Origin: Azolla caroliniana
Lineage: Eukaryota > Plantae > Polypodiophyta
DNA: 64,000 bases
Assembly: GCA_043228905.1 (NCBI GenBank)
Contig: JBHGNT010000018.1
Span: 12,462,001-12,526,000, forward strand
Direction of reading: 5' to 3'
The notes beneath the pieces were generated by a model that worked only from the letters and a program-made list of their open reading frames with translations, was not told the DNA's origin and made no database searches. The position numbers and the translations under genes were made by a program. Below, in pieces: positions 60,654 to 64,000 of this stretch. Every line of letters starts with the position of its first letter. Positions within the stretch are counted from its first letter, which is position 1.

Positions 60654-61800
60654 TCACACCGACCCGGTTGTCGGCTCGAGTGCCGGCGTGAGTCCTATAG
60701 GAGAGGTCGGTGGCGACAGGAGAACGGGACGCGGCAATCCAAAGAAAGACAAACGGACCCGGTCGAGAACCGGGCGGAGCGGACTCCCGGATAACCACTC
60801 CGGGAAGGAGGAAGAGAGCAGGCCTACGTAGAGGCCGAGAACATGGTACGTCGGTACCACGGGAGAGGGTGTGGAGCGAGCCACCCTCTCGGCTTGCGAA
60901 GGAAGGAAGACCCAGGAGAAGGGTCAGGGATACGAGGAGCCCAAGGAGGATCCTTCACACCGGTTCCAGAGACTCCGACGGTCGGCCCGAGAGCCGGCGT
61001 GAGACCTAGAGTGGCGATCGGTGGCGGCGAGGGGACAAAGGCAAAGAACTGCGGATGGGCGGGTTTGCGAAGATCCTCACACCGATCCGGCTGTCGGCCC
61101 AAGTGCTGGCGTGAGTCCTATAGGAAAGGACGGTGGTGGCAGGTGAACGCGACCAGCTGAAGAGGCCGATGCGGAGGACGGAGGAGACAAGCGGCAGTGC
61201 CGCGACCTTACACACACCGGCCCTAGAGGCTCCGGCGGTTGGCCCGAGTGCCGGCGTGAGGCCTAGAGCGACGGGCGGTGGCGGCGGCAAGGCGGGCAAA
61301 CCGAGGTCCCACGAAGATCCTCACACCGATCCGGCGGTCGGCCCAAGTGCCGGCATGAGTCCTATAGGAGAGGACGGTGGCGGCAGGTGAACGTGTTCGG
61401 ACGACGGAAAGCAAAGAAGGAAGGTATCAGGCTGGCGAAGCGGCTACGAACCGAGTCAGACCGACCGGAAATGTCACGAGCATAAGGAAGACCGGTCCTA
61501 CGGGATCCCCACACCGAACCAGAGACTCTGGCAGTTCAGCCAATGTGGCAACATGAGACCGAGGGAGAAGGTTGATGGCGGTAGGAAACGGGACCCAGCA
61601 ACACGAAGGCGGGAACCGGCTACGCGGAAGACACGAGGAGAGTCGCGAAGGACTCCGGCAAAAGACACCCGAATTTCGACAAGCAGAAAAACGGAGTCCG
61701 GTCCTATGGGACCCTCACACCGATCCGGAGACTCCGGCGGCCGGCTAACGGGAGTCAGCGTGAGACCTAGGGAGAAGGACGGTGTCGGCAGGGAAACGGG
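60654..61800 (+). repeat. About 7 degenerate GC-rich repeat units inside N
   Basis: CACACCG...GTCGGCCCRAGTGCCGGCGTGAG.CCTA at about 60655, 60956, 61078, 61213, 61322, 61510 and 61716. Confidence 0.85.
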
Positions 61801-63361
61801 ACCCGGCGACACGAGATAGCGGATCGGGAGTCGGTAAGACGGGGGCGGACAAAGTGCGAAACCCTTACTGGCCAGTTACGACTTCGGAAGGAGCCGGTAG
61901 GGGCAAACACGGGGAGGTGTGTCGGGCCAGAAAGGCACACCTGGGACGGAACAAGAGTCTCACAAGTGGCCATCGTGGGCCGGATCGAAGCGTGACTACG
62001 GGACGGTGTTCGACACAGGCAGTGCTGAACCAAGGAAACGGAAGGCGGCACAAGGGAGGTGTCGGGAACGAGGTGACGGGTGCATAGTGGACTGCACAGA
62101 GTCAGAATCAAGGGGTGACAAGGGAGTCCGGAGGAGGATCCTCCACACCTGCTTCATAGATCTCGACAGACAGCTAGAGTAACGAAGACTGACACGGCAA
62201 GCCCGGAATGACAAGCTGGTGGGGGCGAGGGGATGATGGCAAGCGGAAGACTCAGGACCTGTTGCAGCAGTGCAAGACGGAAAGGGCCAAGCAGGCTACT
62301 ACGGGGTGTTCCTCGGATGCGGAGGACACCGGTATGTGGATGAGCGGCAATCCACGATCTGGCCGGGAAAGGGGCCGACAAGGAGTGCAAAGAACCAGAG
62401 TGCGGCACAGGCAGCGCCAAACGACGAACCAATGGTCAACGGAGGCCAAGCGGGCCACTACGGGCGTTCCTCAAGTGGAGGACATCGGGCATGTGGCGGA
62501 GAGTGGAGCGTGCATACGGCCGAACAAGGGCCAGCGGAAGTACGCGTACTATGGAGATCGCGGCGAAGGACCCATCGACGAGTCGAACGAGCCTATGGGG
62601 AGGTAAGCGCGAAGGAAGAACCGAAGCCGATGATTCAAACCGACAGCGAGCCGGGATGCGGATTACGGAAGACCAGTTTCTCACCGGCCGAAATCTCTCA
62701 CCCTTCACCGGATTTGGCACGTACCGGTGGACGTGCGGTTAGGTGGGGGCGGATGTCGTAAAGAATTTCGGCCAGAGGCGGAAACCGGGAAATATCGGTT
62801 ACATCGGCGGAGTGCACTATGTGCACTCACCCTCGTATAATTGTGTGGATAATAGGAGTTAAGTCGGGATGAAGAATCCTATGTAAATCGGGATTTATCT
62901 CACATTGTAACGCATCCCTCACCTTGTTCTATAAAAGGAAGGGATGGTCCCTTGTAGAAGGGTTGCCCTTTTTTGTTTTAGTAGGGTATACCGTTAGATG
63001 AAGAGACGTTCTCTGTTCCTCTTTCTCTCTTGTTTTAGGGTTTCTTCTTCTTCTTCTTTCCTCTGCTTCTTCCTCTTCGTCTTTCTGTGCACCAAGCCGG
63101 GACTTCTAGCGTTTCTATTTGCCGCCCCGTCCCCTGTGCAAGACCCCGATCGGCGCGACAAGCCCGAGAGCTCCTCGATCAGCGGCTTGGCAGTAGACGA
63201 TTGTTGCAACCTGAGCTACTTAGGTCGGGTCCGAAGCCGGGGATGTATTCTTTCCCTTGTAATATATACATTTGCGTCTGTCTATGCATATTCGTGTCTC
63301 TGTTGGTGTCGGGTGCTTCCCCTTTCCTGCGTTTCCTGTACATAAGGGCATGAGTTGGGTT

Positions 63362-63397
<36 letters not shown>

Positions 63398-64000
63398 TCG
63401 GTGTCAAGCGGGCGCTCCCTCTCTTTCTCTCTCTCTCTCGTTCGGTTGCTTCCGGAACGCGTCCGGAATCGTCTTCTCGTCTTCCCTCCCTCCCTCGTCC
63501 GAGACCCCCGTGGTCCCGCCCTTCTACACGCACGCGCGTAACAATGTGACAACGGAGTACGATGTACTACAGCGTGTAGGGAAGTCACGAAATCCACTAA
63601 GTATCGTAACATACGGTTGTGCCAACGTATTTGCCCAAGGAAGCGACTAAGGGCTTCTACATTACTGGGAGTTTTTGCTTCAATGATCCCCGTAATTTTG
63701 TTGGGATCTACCGCTATCCCCTCCTTACTCACTATGTGATCGAGAAGTGCTCCACTGGTGACCCCAAATGCACATTTAGCCGGATTAAGGCTGAGGCGTG
63801 AGGTATAACATCGTTCCAAATAGAGCCGTAAATGGCCCGAATGTTCGCCTCGCATCCCATACACCGTGAAGTCGTCGAGGAAAACATGCATAAAAGCAAG
63901 TATATATTCACCGAAAATCTCCATAATCGTCCGTTGGAAGGTGGCGGGGGCCGTCTTCAGCCCCAACATCATTACCACAATGACAAACACTCCTAGTCCG

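Larger units (their letters stand above)
58137..63551 (+). mobile_element. Non-autonomous gag-only LTR element N (tRNA-Trp PBS, 4-bp TSD ACGG)
   Basis: LTRs 58137-58753 and 62754-63551; PBS 58758-58775 identical to B; PPT-like AGGTGGGGGCGGA; no pol motifs. Confidence 0.92.
56628..64000 (-). mobile_element. Degenerate non-chromovirus Gypsy K (RT 63552-64000; RH-INT 56628-58136), split by N
   Basis: FLDDF, FVDAS, TEREAL, YYPQANGLAES; frame HRTP-FNWTT is restored when N is removed. Confidence 0.88.

Noticed and set aside
60654-61800. CRISPR-like array
   Set aside because: The units are long, degenerate and irregularly spaced inside a eukaryotic LTR element, with no cas genes.

Overview
This window is eukaryotic (plant) intergenic DNA made entirely of nested and decayed LTR retrotransposons. 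I see no host genes, true RNA genes or CRISPR arrays. The element types (Ty1/Copia with tRNA-iMet PBS, a Tat-type Ty3/Gypsy with a second archaeal-type RNase H, Gypsy elements with a tRNA-Trp PBS) suggest a large-genome land plant, possibly a fern or lycophyte; that is inference only. About 18 insertions can be resolved, many with LTR ends, PBS, PPT and target-site duplications (TSD). The most notable result is four divergent copies (L1-L4) of an LTR-element family with no polypurine tract. In its place, 2 nt before the 3' LTR, is a conserved, covarying hairpin that resembles the T-arm and CCA end of tRNA-Arg(UCU). It follows the stop codon of an unknown ORF. The one complete copy (11058-13080) also has an ordinary tRNA-Arg-type PBS at the other LTR, which suggests two-tRNA or tRNA-mimic priming. 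Also present: a non-autonomous gag-only partner of the tRNA-Trp Gypsy, a Gypsy whose motifs look atypical for plants, a gag swap between two young Copia elements, and a four-fold amplified LTR/host junction. tRNA assignments rest on recalled plant tRNA 3' ends and need database confirmation.
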